The translations under genes were made by a program, and so were the position numbers. Positions 39,354-52,327 of a DNA stretch of 64,000 nt are shown here, in pieces (position 1 is the first letter of the stretch; every line of letters begins with the position of its first letter). A model generated the notes under the pieces. It saw only the letters and a list, made by a program, of their open reading frames with translations, was not told where the DNA came from and did no database searches. This DNA comes from Bigelowiella natans CCMP2755 (lineage: Eukaryota > Protista > Cercozoa), in contig ADNK01000501.1 of the NCBI GenBank assembly GCA_000320545.1, positions 1 through 64,000 on the forward strand, given 5' to 3'.

Positions 39354-40287
39354 ATGCTTCGCGTCTTCCTTGTCCTACTACCTTTACTGACCGCTGGTCG
39401 AGCCCTCCGTGAGGGCGAGTGCGAAGGTATATTTCTCCTATTTAGCTCACTATTTCGGCGGGTTATCCGAAATAAACAGAAGGCAGTAGTAGTTTCCGAT
39501 TGCCTCAAACCTTAAGATTTCGCATGAGTAATCGTTTGTCTTCACGGTAATTTGTATTGAGGAATGTTCACAGTCCTTCAAATACACAAATTTTACTGCA
39601 TAGAAATATTCATATCCCAGTCTGCACAGCATTACTCAATCCATCATTTATGCTCCACAGTATGCCTCAAGGTAATTGATAAGTTCAGTGCGGCAGCAAA
39701 GAAAGCTGGTGCAAAAAAGTCAAATGCAATCGAAAAAGTTATTCAGAAAGAGTGCAAAAAGTTCAAGGACTCTAAAGAGACTCGAATGGTGAGTATGAGT
39801 GTGTCTCATTAGTATTTCCACATTGCTAAGATACCTTGGTACAACTCAGTGTTACTACATTGGCGGTACTGATGATGCTGCTACCCGAATGCTGCAATCT
39901 GTCTCGAAACCCATGTCGCATCATCTACCCTCGTCTAAAATTTGTCAAAAGCTCAAAAAGAAGGATTCAGCTATCTGCGAACTTAGATACGGTATTTCTC
40001 TAGTGATCGAGGGAATTCTGATCAAACCTCATTTTAAATTACCTCCCAGAAAAGCCAATCGATCTCGAGGGTAAGGATATAGGCAAAATGCGTGTGAAAC
40101 AGCTTAAGAAAATCCTCAGCACATGGGTAAGAAACTGCATTGATTGAAGATCGCATATATTTAACGAAGTTTTCCTTCACAGGGTGAGAAGTGCAACGGT
40201 TGCACAGAGAAGAGGGATTTTGTCAAGTTAGTTGAAAAGTTAAAACCGAAATATGCTCCGTCGAAAGAAGATCGGGATGAGCTTTGA
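39354..40287 (+). CDS. MANF: MANF/ARMET-family ER protein (5 exons)
   Basis: Signal peptide MLRVFLVLLPLLTAGRA. Saposin-like ECEVC...CYYIGGTDDAAT...KICQKLKKKDSAICELRY. SAP-like KMRVKQLKKILSTWGEKCNGCTEK with a CxxC. C-terminal RDEL. Confidence 0.93.
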
Positions 40288-40479
40288 ATCCGCCACCGAA
40301 CAAGAGAACATGAAAAATTATCCCACATGATTCTCAATATGGCAACTCATACCGAGCTTTGAGAAAATCATGTTCGCTCTCTATTTCGCTAAGAGGCTGT
40401 CAACAATCATTTGCTTCTGGCATAAGTTTAAAAAATAACAGTACGCTTGGACAAACTATGATCTCTGTACATGTTTAGA

Positions 40480-41160
40480 TATGATACAATGCAAACAAAA
40501 ACTTATATCTGAAGCTGATTAGCTAGGTAGCTAGTTAGCGTCGAACACAGACATATGCTTCTTGCATCAACAGATGTACCGAGAAGTGAAAACACGCGCG
40601 TAAAAAAATCAGCAGAATTCACTCATCATTTGCAATGACAACTGGAACATCTATACAACTAGATCGAGAACCCAGAGTGAGCATTGCATCACAATTTTCC
40701 AAACTGTTGCAGTGTGCGTCACACGTGCCTCGGAATGGATGATCGCATGCGTGCTAGCGTTGTGCAGGCTGCACACAGCTAGACAGCTAAAAAGTGTGGA
40801 AGGTGTGCGTACAATCTAATAGCATCTTCGCAAATCATGCATTACATTCCATGTGCGAACGCACATGTGAAATTGCTCTTCGCATCATCATCATCATCAT
40901 TGCACTTGCATTCATTTCACATTTGCACCCAATGCAATGTACGTGGAGAGACCATTACTTGCTAGCTTGCACCGCATCCACCTCGTGCTTGAAAACAAAC
41001 ATGTGGAAGTAGCAACTAGTCGCCATGTGATTGATCGCATCGTTGCAACATGAATGAAAGAATGAACATGTGAAGAAAGAAAGAAAGTTGAAACAATGAA
41101 ACAATGATGACAAACTACATTTCCAAAATGTTGCAAAACATTTGCAATGTGCAAAACCCA
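40480..41160. repeat. CTAG/CATG/TGCA-rich tract
   Basis: Same compositional signature, downstream of the MANF stop. Confidence 0.65.
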
Positions 41161-41705
41161 GTGCCTCGAACTAACTTTAGTGAGGTCTAACAGTGAAACC
41201 AGAAGAAATCAAGAATGGCATTCTAGCCATCGAGGAGCTTGAAGATCTCATTTTAGGAGTACTCTCGAGTACTCGGCTCGTGAGAAGAACTAGAAGAAAC
41301 ATTGACAGCATGATGGACGCAAAGAACGTCATAATAATCGGGATGTCGCAGTATGACTTTTCCAGACGCTTGAGATAAGTGCTCAGTTTACGTCGCAGGA
41401 AAGAAAACTAAAACCCTGCAACCTGTCGAAATCTCTGTGGCTTTAATAAGATATATCTTCGATATATTTCTTCCTGTTTTTTTGTGCAGCCTACAGATCA
41501 AAATTTCAGATATTATAAGTATCCATAGATCTCCCTAAAATAAAGGCATAACATCTTAAAAAAAGAGACAAGATTTGCCAATACTCGAGAATACTCAAGA
41601 TTCGAGCACGATGTTGACCACCGCTTGCCGAGCTTTCGGTTCCTGAGCTCTTCAGAGAGCATTAGAGGAAAAGCGCACTGGTTGACAAGGGGCAGGGTTC
41701 TTCGA

Positions 41706-43791
41706 ATGCAGAGAGCTTATGCTCTCTTCGCGAAATCGAGCAACCCAGCAAAGAACTTCGTCAAAATCACAAAATGGTATGACACTATCCACTTGCCTGC
41801 CATTCCCTGCCTCCTATTCTCTCAGATCTTTATTTGGCATTTTTCAAAGGTGGTCCAAAAGGTATCATTGGATGCCGATAATGTGGAGGACTGGATCGTC
41901 TTTGCAGAAACAGCAGGGGCAGCAGCAGGAAAGGGTTAGACGGCTTGACTTTTATCCTAGAAGGAGTATCACAGACTTTTCGAACCAAGGAGGAGGAGAG
42001 GTGGCAGCAGAGGAAGGAGATGACTCCCTTTCCGACGAAGAGATGAAAAAGTTCTGGAACTTTGATGATGTTTCCGGTGACGATGAGGAGGGAGAGGAAG
42101 ACTTCGATGTTGTGCTGACTTCGGCGGAAGACTCTGAGCTCCAAATGAAAGCGGAACGACTGGAGAGAGACACGATGCACCACATTCGTAATCTCATTCG
42201 TTCTGAAGAATTTGAAAATTTGGTGAAGTGGCGGATAGGGGAGAGCTGCGAGGGAAATGCGACATATCCCGCCAAATATGCTGCAACTTTTGTCAAAACG
42301 CACGGCAGGGAATTACCATTGGTCGCTCTAAATCATTTGATGAGCTTTGGAAAACCAAGCATGAAGAGAGCAGCTATGGAGCTAATAATAGACGTAGGCT
42401 TTATTTTCTTAGTCGTCTGTAGAAAATTGTCTCTCAATTATAAATAGCCTCCTCCTTATGCCTCATCACACCGTTAATTAAAGCGTTAAGCGCAGTGTAT
42501 ACTATGTAAAGTAGGATTTCGATTAAATCATCACCAACTTTTTTGGTCTTGCGACGGGAGTTTTGGAAGAAAAATCACAGACGAACTTTCATTTCTACTA
42601 ATGTTCTGATAAATTCCTAACAAATTCGTCACATATTTTATAATTTGTAGGATTTTATGAGCTTCTTGTCTAGGAGCCGCTCAGGGGCCAAAAAAGAAGA
42701 AGAAGCAACGTTCTACTCTCTCGACCACTCTACAGAATTGCACCTAGTTATGTTGTAAAAAAAGAGAAACCTCTGATTATCATCTATATCATGACATTAA
42801 CGCATTTTTAGGATGAGAACGTGGCTGAATTGTCTAATTTGACACGCCCACCGGAGTGGTATTCCATGGCGCGCTCGATAGCTCCACGAGAGGTAATACG
42901 GGGCTCTACCTCTTATTCATAGCTACAGCGTAGATGTTGTCACCCTTGAGCTCTGGAGTTTGTGGAAGATCAGCATGTTATCAAGTTACGCTATAAAACA
43001 GGTGGTTCTGCACGTTGGCCCTACGAATTCAGGGAAGACTTACAAGGCAATTCAGGCTCTTGCGACTGCGGAATCAGGGGTAGCAGACATTACATGACGG
43101 TGGACGACAATAGCTGAATGTGAACATCACATTTGTTAATGATCGATCATACGACAATTTTGACGATAACGACGATAATGATAGTTGCGATCTTCCACAA
43201 TTGCTCACGTATTCCTCCTGAAAGTAATCAATATTGGTGTTTAAATCTTCGTTCAGATTTATGCAGGACCGCTGCGCCTTCTGGCATGGGAGGTTATCCA
43301 TCATCATCATGGTATCATCATCACTGCCTCCTGAAAAGATGCTCCTCCGCCCCATTATCTCCTTAAAGGTGTACGAGAAGTTAAATGCGATGGGGGTGCC
43401 TTGTAGCCTCTCGACAGGCCAGGAGGAAATTATTGTTGAAGACGCGGTAAATACACCTTCTATATAAATATCGGTCGCTGGCCTCAGTTTTCATCACTGA
43501 TATATACGAACAGAGACACATTGCTTCAACTACGGAGAGGGCGGAAATCGGCCTAGAGGGCCGCTTTGACGTGGCTGTCATTGACGAGATGCAAATGGTA
43601 ACCGATGAGATGAGGGGGTGGGCCTGGACTCAAGCTCTACTCGGTCTTCCTGCAGATATCATCGTAAGAACAAATGGAGTGAGAGCTGTGCCGTCATCGA
43701 GAGCTTGATATTCAATATTATCTAATGTGTAACTACCCTTTGCTTTCGCCCTTCCTGTGATAGTGCAAACACACAAACGCACACATTTATG

Positions 43792-43837
<46 letters not shown>

Positions 43838-45229
43838 TTACCAAAAACAAGCATCTCTGTGGCGACCCGAGCATAGTGGACATCGTGGAAGACGTACAAA
43901 TTAGTAGTAGTGGTAGTGGTAGTAGTAGTAGTAGTAGAAGTAGTAGTACTATGTTGATAATAATCATCGTGATGACGGCATGATTTATATGCCCTCCTAA
44001 GCTACTGCTGCTTTCGCGCGTGCGCTGACGATAATGATGATGATGAGCGTTTCATATTAATAGTCTCTCTGTCTCCATAGCCTCCTGATCATGCATTTTT
44101 CACTCTTCTTAGTTGTGTGCCTCGACTGGAGATAATGTGACGGTAAATTACTACCATCGTAAGACAGACCTCTCTCTCTCCCCCCCCCTCAAGAATTTCA
44201 CGAAGCTCAGGTTGGTCGCCTGCAATAGCAAAAAATCATCTGTTTCTGCTCTGCTGTCTCCTGCTTATATTCACCAATGAAGAAAAGCAAACTGCACAAC
44301 AGCAGCAGCCATATGACGCTCCGCCTTTTAATATTCGGCTATTGACCTCTCTATTCGCCACAGGCGCGGAGATGCAGTGATTGCATTCTCTAGGAAACGG
44401 ATTATCAAGCTGAAAAGGTGGTTGTGGCGGTGTGAGCATAAAAATGAGTACGGTTTGAAGAAGCAGTGCAGTTCTAGAAGAACAAACGAACACGATTTTA
44501 AAGTGCAGAGTATGTAGCGAAATAGGAGTACTTGACGAGAGCACATTTAAGCTGTCGTCACATTTATTGCAAAAAAAACCCAGACGCTAGCATAGCTGAT
44601 TGCCAGGACAAAAACACACCATGCTATTTCGATTAAATTCAATTTCAGACTCACAGCCTCTTCGTCGTCGTTTAAAATTCGACGCGTTTTGGATGTTACA
44701 TATTCATTATTGCAATACGTCTTTGCTGGGAATAATTATCGGCAGACTCATCGAGGAGAAAACCGATTGGAAGTGCGCGGTAGTGTATGGAGCGTTGCCT
44801 CCCGAAACTCGAAAAAAACAAGCATTGCTCTTCAATGATCCCTCCAGCGGCTATGACATCCTCATTGCCTCTGATGCGGTAGTAGTATTAGTAGTTGTAC
44901 TAGTAGTAATAGTAATAGTAGCACCAAAAATACTCTATCTTTTCGCTCTGGGAAGCATTGCCACGACCGCTACTTCGAGTATACAAGCAGTGCTGATTTA
45001 CGGTTAGAATGTAATTGAAATACATAGTGTCTCAAGATTTCTTTCTTCTTCTTCTTCTTCTTCTTCTTCTTTCAGATTGGGATGGGTCTTAACTTGAACA
45101 TAGGCCGTGTGATTTTTTCGGCCGTCGAGAAGTTTGATGGAGAAGCTGTAAGAAGCCACGCACGACGAGCCCTGCATGCATATTGCACTCTTACATCGGC
45201 CAACCGAACTCACACAACACGCACACAAC

Positions 45230-45262
<33 letters not shown>

Positions 45263-47185
45263 AAGAGAGACACTCACATTTGTCTTTCAGTTTCGTTCCC
45301 TAACCACCTCGGAAGTGAAACAGATTGGAGGTATGTTGATCGCAGTGCTACTGCTACTGCTCCTAGGCTGCTAGTGGTGCTGCTGCTGGTGATATGTATA
45401 TTGATTATAACGATGAAAGATTATGGTGATGATACTCAGGCCGAGCTGGTAGATACGGGACCGAATTTAGTGAGGGATACGTAACAGCAATGGATAAGAA
45501 TGACGTGAAGCATTTGAAGGCACTGTGGAAGAATGATATCACTCCCATCAAGAAGGCATGCGTGCAGCCACCCAACTTCCTCATCACCACTGTCTCTAAC
45601 CTTCGCCCCGACAAATCGTAATGGAGTTCATAGTTTTTTTTTTTCACAAAAGATGCGGTTTCAAGCAAAAAACGACGATTTTGCTGCTCGACAACACACT
45701 TCCTATAAAACGAAATTTCCTGATGTTTTTCCGCCATGCGATGAGTTGAAACTTCGATGGATGATTATACAAATAAATGGGTTGTGGAAGTGCGGAGAGT
45801 GTCTATCTCTGATTAGATGTGAGGCTGTATGTTGCTGAATCCTGCTGATGCTGCTGCTGCACAACAACCGAACTTCCTTATGAATCAGGAGAGGACTGAC
45901 ATTTTAGAAATTTTCCGTCATTATCATTATAGCCTTTACCAAACATTTGCTTCTTCTACCCTTCCCCTCTACCTTGTGTTCTCACAACGACAACAGGCTT
46001 TCGAAAATTCTCCAATTTTTTAAAGACCACGTCGTACTGTCTGAAAGGTTAATAAGACGTCCAAACCACGAAAATGAATGCTACTATCCTTCATCTCTTT
46101 TGGCCTCTTCCTCTCGCTACTATCTACTAATATTGCACGTTTGTGAAGTTCTCCCCCTCACTGATGTTCCTGCTCTCATCACCCACTATAATATAATAAC
46201 TCACCAGCTACTTCCTCACGGAAATGGATTCCAGAATTCATATTGCGGAGTCTTTGGAGGAGGTCAGTGATGATGACTATGCATAATGGGTGGTGAAACA
46301 CATTTCTAAAAAAGCGATGATTTTTCTCTTTCTTCCACTTAGGTACCGGATCTGAGTTGGTCGGATCAGCTGTACTTCCAGGCGGCTCCTATCTTCACGA
46401 GAGATCCCGAGGTGATGGAGGCCGCGCGTCACTTTGCGCGCGGCTGTCCGAAGAACCTCGTGGAACTGCCCAGAGAAATGCTCTCTTGCGCAAAGAAAGG
46501 TTGTTGTCAAAGATGCGGTTGATTAGAAAAGAAGAAGAAGAAGACGACGAAAGAGAAAAACGGAGAATCAGCGCTGTCGAGGGCGTGTTCGAAAGAACTA
46601 AGAATGAAGAGAGGGAGGGAGAGGGAGGGGGAGGGAGAGAGAGGAAGGATGCGAAGACAGTAGCTGTACTGTGCGTACTCACTGACTCTATGCTGTGTTT
46701 TGCGATGTTGGTCAGGACCCCCACGCAACGATGAAGATCTTCTAAAGCTTGAAAGACTGTACAAACTTTTGGAAATCTACGTCTGGTTGTCGCAGAAAAT
46801 CGGAGAGGAGGTTGGACTTTGCATTGTTGATTGGCTTTCCTTCTGCATGTGTTACATGATCATCATCATTAACAACGCACCGATAATGTTCCTGCTACTG
46901 GTTTCTACAGGATAGATTCCAACGCAATGTTGACACTTTGTTCTTTCTCAGGTTTTTGTAGATGTGGAGCTTGCCCGTGACATGATGGAGAACATCTCTG
47001 AGCTTATTTCGCAAGGGCTGGCCTTACTATCGAAGAGTACAAAAGCAAGGATGAAAGCAGGCGAGAAGCGACGGAAGCGGCAACAGCAGAAGCAGCAGCA
47101 GATACACCAAAATGGAGATGGGAAAGCTAAGGGAAATAAGTATACCAATAAACAAAGGGGAAGTAAAAATAGATTTAGAAAATAA
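41706..47185 (+). CDS. SUV3: SUV3-family mitochondrial RNA helicase, multi-exon
   Basis: [11 protein letters not shown] (Walker A), [21 protein letters not shown]...[63 protein letters not shown]. Start codon tentative. Confidence 0.93.
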
Positions 47186-47219
47186 TAGACCATTAGACAT
47201 TAGCGATGATTAATCGATG

Positions 47220-47900
47220 ATCGCCCACATCATCTGTCATCGTACGCGCAAGCTACCATCTAGTCATTATCCGCTATTACTTACATTATTACATTATCGC
47301 ATAGACATGCGCTGTCTGTCTTTATAGCTAGAGGGATATATCTACATTTGTAAAGACATGTCGTTGCACATTTCTAGACTTACCGCATCATCTAGCCAGC
47401 TAGCAGATCACGTGATGCATGCCATGCTAGCATGCTAGCATGTCTAGATGTCTTCAGCTCGTTTTAGAACCACATATTCAAGCCTGCTGCGGTGCTCTGC
47501 ACATGGGTACAAATGCATGTTTGGATGATCGATGGCAATACATAAATTAAGTTGGGACTGTCTGTCAAGCTGTGCTAATCCATAATCTGGTCGTCCAACA
47601 AACAGAACACATCTAACAGCTACACAGCTGCTAGACATCTGTTATGTGAAATTACAAGCATTGGGTGGCTTTTGTAGCAATTTGATGCTCTAGTGCTGCG
47701 CGCAATGCACATGTATATTAATATAGCAGGTACTGCATTGATGCGCACATAACAATGCTACGATACAAGCTGGCAAGGTCGCACGCTATTAAACGTGGCA
47801 TCCACAAAGATTATTCACAACATTACATTGGCAACGTGTTACTCTGGTACGTGTGAGTGCAGCAGATAATCCATCACACCTCATGCGCCACCAGCGCGTG
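47220..47900. repeat. CTAG/CATG/TGCA-rich tract
   Basis: gcatgctagcatgctagcatgtctag and similar words, between the convergent SUV3 and Clu-LRR stops. Confidence 0.7.
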
Positions 47901-47937
47901 TGTATGCACGGACTGAGCTCTGAAGATGACATAATTT

Positions 47938-50900
47938 TTAATACAGTATTTTGACACCTTTCTGCTTCAATTCGAGAAGCGATAACGACTTCGGCTGGTT
48001 GCGCAGGTTCATACCCCCTATGTGAATACTTTTAAGCTTCTTCAAACGCCATAGCGAGGCTGGGAGGGACTTAAACTTGTTAAACGCTGCCCAGAGCTCC
48101 TCTAGATGGCTCATATCCCCAACGTCTTCAGGAAGGCCTGCAATTTTATTGTTCCTGATCGCTAGGACCTTCATCTTCTTCAGTCTCGTGAGCGACTCAG
48201 GGAGACTTGTGATTTGATTGTGCGAGAGATAAAGATTCTCCAGCCCCGTAAGCTTTTCTATTTGCGATGGGACGGATACAAGGTGGTTATTCGATAGGTT
48301 AATATATGAGAGGGGTCTAATGCTAAATATTGGCAGAGGAATCGTCTCAAACATGTTGAACGATAGATCGAGCCGTGTGAGCCACTTTAAATGTGAGAAG
48401 GAGAGTGGTAAGTCCTGCAGCCCAGCATGTAGTAGCGTCATTGAGCGTTGGTGCGCGCCTAGACATCTGACCACATTATTGAGGAAGCTTTGCAGTGATG
48501 GAAGATTTGCTTGGGCACTGTGATAGTGTTGCTGTTTCTCCTGTCGTTGTTGTAGTTGTTGACTCCCCATCCTTTGCATCGTCGTCATCCCCTCTTGTAC
48601 CGTCTCCTTATTCTTCTTATCCCCAGAATGATCGTCCTTAGCGTAGACGTTGTCGTTGCCATCTTCGCGTCCATCATCACCACCACCACTAGTATCATCG
48701 TCAGCAGCAATAGCAGCTTCTTCGCTATTGTTGTTGTGTTTGCCAGCAGCCTCCTCATCAAGCCGCAACAGCGTGTTGGAGGCACGAAGAATGTTAAGGA
48801 GCGCCAGCATAGAGTTGTGACTGTCCGTATATTGCCAAGGGGGATGGGACTTGAGGCCTACAAAGGTGCTGATAACCTGTCTAACAAGCCGCCCAGAATC
48901 ATCATTCGTTGCTCCGGATCTAAGAAGCCGCGTCATCGACAGATGGGCCTCTTGTAGCCATCCTTTTCCATGCAAATCGGTGTACATTGCCTCCCACGTG
49001 CTGCTACTACCGTGGTTCTTCCTCTCACTATCATCGCCATTGCTTTCTTCCTTTCTTGGTCTGATATCGTCGGGGACTACAGTCTCGCCCTTTCCTTCGT
49101 TGGGTTTATTGTTGCCTTGACAACGTTCCTGTGCTGCCTTTCGATTGGATCCATTGACATCCTGATGCTCACAATCACCCCCCTTGCTACTCCTACCAAC
49201 TTCTCCGCCGTCTTGATTTACTTTGTCGAGCAAGTGCGTGGTCTTTTGAAGCGCGTCTTCCACACGCGCCCATTCGACAATGTTCATTTGCTTCAGACGC
49301 ACATGAAGCGAGAGATTCTCCAGATCGGCTGGGACGAGCCTGCAGTCTTTCCTATCGGTCCAGTGCCATCGTAGAGCTTTCTTCCACGCGGAACTGCCAA
49401 GCGACACGCCAAGCGCGGAGAGTGAATTACGAAGGATGAACACCAGGTGCCTCCTTGCAATATATTGCAGCTCACAATTGTTATTCTTGTTGCTATTACT
49501 ACTACTACTACTACTACTATTACCACTATTACTATTACTACTACTACCTCTACTACTACCACCACTACTATATCTACTGCTACTACTACTACTACTACTA
49601 CTAATCGTTCTGCTGCTGCTGTTCCTACTGCTACTACTCACCACCAGTCGCTTGCTGCTGCTGCTGTTTTTGCTATTGCTGCTGCTACTATCGAACCAGG
49701 TGTTCGTTTCTTGCACAAACAAGCGAGGGATAGAGAACTTACATCTGGGAGGAGTGCAGAATCGGGCCAGATATGCCTGCCAACATCTGAGGAACAGATG
49801 GTTGCGAATGTACACCGCGCGCCGAGCCTTCATTCGTTCCTTTCGCATCTTGAATATCTCTCTCCAGTCAGTACCCTTCGCTTTAGCATCACGCTGAGAC
49901 TGAATCATCAGCTGCCGTGTAGCATTACCGAAAGTGTGAGATGCCATGCCCCGATTCTCCGTAAACAAATTTTTGATTTGTGGGAGTTTTCCAGAGGGGT
50001 CGTCGGTGGAGAGCATATCGTATATGCTCTTTTTGATCTTGGTGGGAATGAAGAAGTTCTTGGACTGGAAGAACCGGCCTTTAAATTCTACTCTCATCAA
50101 TTGCTTTTCAAGCTCCTTTCCAAGGTTTCGTTGCACTGCCACTTTCTTTGCCGTTGCAAACCAGCTTTCGAGCAGTCTCCACGACATTTTCTTTGTCAGT
50201 CTACTCAGCCCTCCTTCTGCCTCTCCCCTCCCCTGGTGGATTGTGGCCTCCCACTGGTCACTCAATGTCAAACGCACGAGCTTTTTCATTATGGGTATCG
50301 AGCGCGAGACTTTGGCGCAATGATGATGACGATGATTATAGAGATGATGACGACGATGACCCTCATGGTCAAGGAGTTGCGCTAAGCTGCCGCCGGCTGT
50401 CTCCAGCGCTCCTCTCACTTCCGCCTCCGACTCGAGAAGGACTAGCCACTCCTTCATGGTAAGATGAAATCGATACATTCCAAAGCTTAAGTAGCATTGA
50501 TCTGGGAGAGTTTTCTGCCAGAGGAGTTGAGTTGCCGATGAGGAGGAAGAGGAGCAGGAGGGAGAAGACGACCCCGCATCCTTTCCAACAGAGCCATCAA
50601 CAGCAGGGGTGGCCGCCTCCTCCTCCTCCACCTCCTCCTCCCCCATTATCATGTTAAGCATTGACGTCATTCCTTCTCGGATACCTTTGGTCGTTGCATG
50701 CGCTCTGAGAACGCGTTTTCTAATCACAATCTTTATGGCTCTCTGCAGAGCTTCCGCCCACAACCTGCTTAGCAGCAGCAGCTTATGCATGGGTTTGTTC
50801 CGCTCTTGGCCCTTTCCCTTCTCCTCTCCCTTCTTCCCCCTCCTCCTCAGCCTTGGGCTGCTTATATTCCTTGAGATTTGACCCCTGCCGCCCCCGCTTG

Positions 50901-52284
50901 CCACACCCCCCCCCCCCGTTTCTGGCTTCTTCTCTTCGTATAATTTGGGGTGGTCCCATAGTAGCTTCAGATGACGAATGGGGATTCCATGCTTGTGCAT
51001 AAGGGCTGCGACATCAAGCGTATCAGGCCATTTCAGGGATTTATGATCGAAAACCGATTGGGGTACATTGTAGAGGATTGCATCATCCTCGTCGCCACTA
51101 GCGCTGTCTTTGTTTTTCATCAACGAGGACGATGATGATGATGATGATCTTGAGGATTTTAGCGGCGGAGGGGAACGTGGAGATGATGGCCTAGAGCGAG
51201 AGGATGGGGAGCGGGGGGATGATGGTCCGGAGCGAGAGCAGGAGGGAGACGAAGGGGATGACGACGGGGAAGAGGACTGAGATTCTGTTTCGCTTATGGT
51301 GGCGGTGCTGCCACTCACAGATTTGTTCCGAATCGAGAGGAGGAGGGTATTAGCTGCAGCATCGATGACATTTCCGCATAGAATCCTTGTCGCATCCCGC
51401 AGGTTATCTTGATGTTGACGTTGCTGATGCATTCCCCACCTCGAGAATGTGTCAGAGCTGAGCGCAGGTACTTTAGTCGACTGCTTGCAGTGGCGAGTGA
51501 GGAATTCTGGCCTCAGCATGCGGTAGAACACGGAAGATTCAGAAGGAGGAAGGTGCTGAGTATCAAGTGGCGATTCAGGTGGGGCCCAGCGGCCCAAATC
51601 GAGCAAATCTAAAGGAGGGAGGAGGTGGGGGTGGAGGAGGAAGGGGAGATAACAAATTGTTGGCAGCTGTGTGTATAATGATTTTACGCTAGAAGTGCAA
51701 CATCCAACAAGCAACACTTCGCACACCAACGTGCTTAAATGGCAGAGATTTCTAAAGAGCACAAGGCATAACTTCACTTACAGTAGCTTTTGCAATAGCC
51801 TTTCTTCTCCTCTTGCCTCTCGCCGCCGCTCTCCCTCCCTTTTCCATCTTCTCCTTCTCTATTTTGAGGTCCTTTTCCACAGTGAAGATCAACAGCTACA
51901 GCGCCTCCGCCTCCTCCTGCTTTTTGAACATGGACGACGTGGCCTTCGACATCTCCACCGGTGTTGAGCATCGTTCCCATGACGCTGTGCCTTGCAAGGT
52001 GAAGGTGTTGCCCGGCACGCTGCATGTAGCGATCGAATGCTGGATCTGAGTTGTATACGTGCCTTCCTGCGTCATTAGAGCCGTAGATTAATTGTGACTG
52101 ACTCAGTGGGAGCACCGGCATTGCAACGAGTCGAAACCCTCGATAATCAACGATTGTCTGCAGCGGCACTTGGATAGGAATCCGCTCTGCCAGGAAGAAC
52201 TGATTCGTGGAAAACGAGAGAGTAGTAATGAGGAGAAACAAGGATTTAATGACGACGGATATCCACGCACACACAAACACACAC

Positions 52285-52327
<43 letters not shown>

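Noticed and set aside
48320-50881. + strand ORFs such as 49436-49897 and 49447-50385 (poly-L/T)
   Set aside because: Antisense shadows of SSR-rich parts of the Clu-LRR exon.
51609-51777. N-terminal 56 aa of the 1279-aa ORF as the true start
   Set aside because: Lies between a gtaagt donor and a polypyrimidine/AG acceptor; splicing restores YYLLDLGR, so it is an intron.
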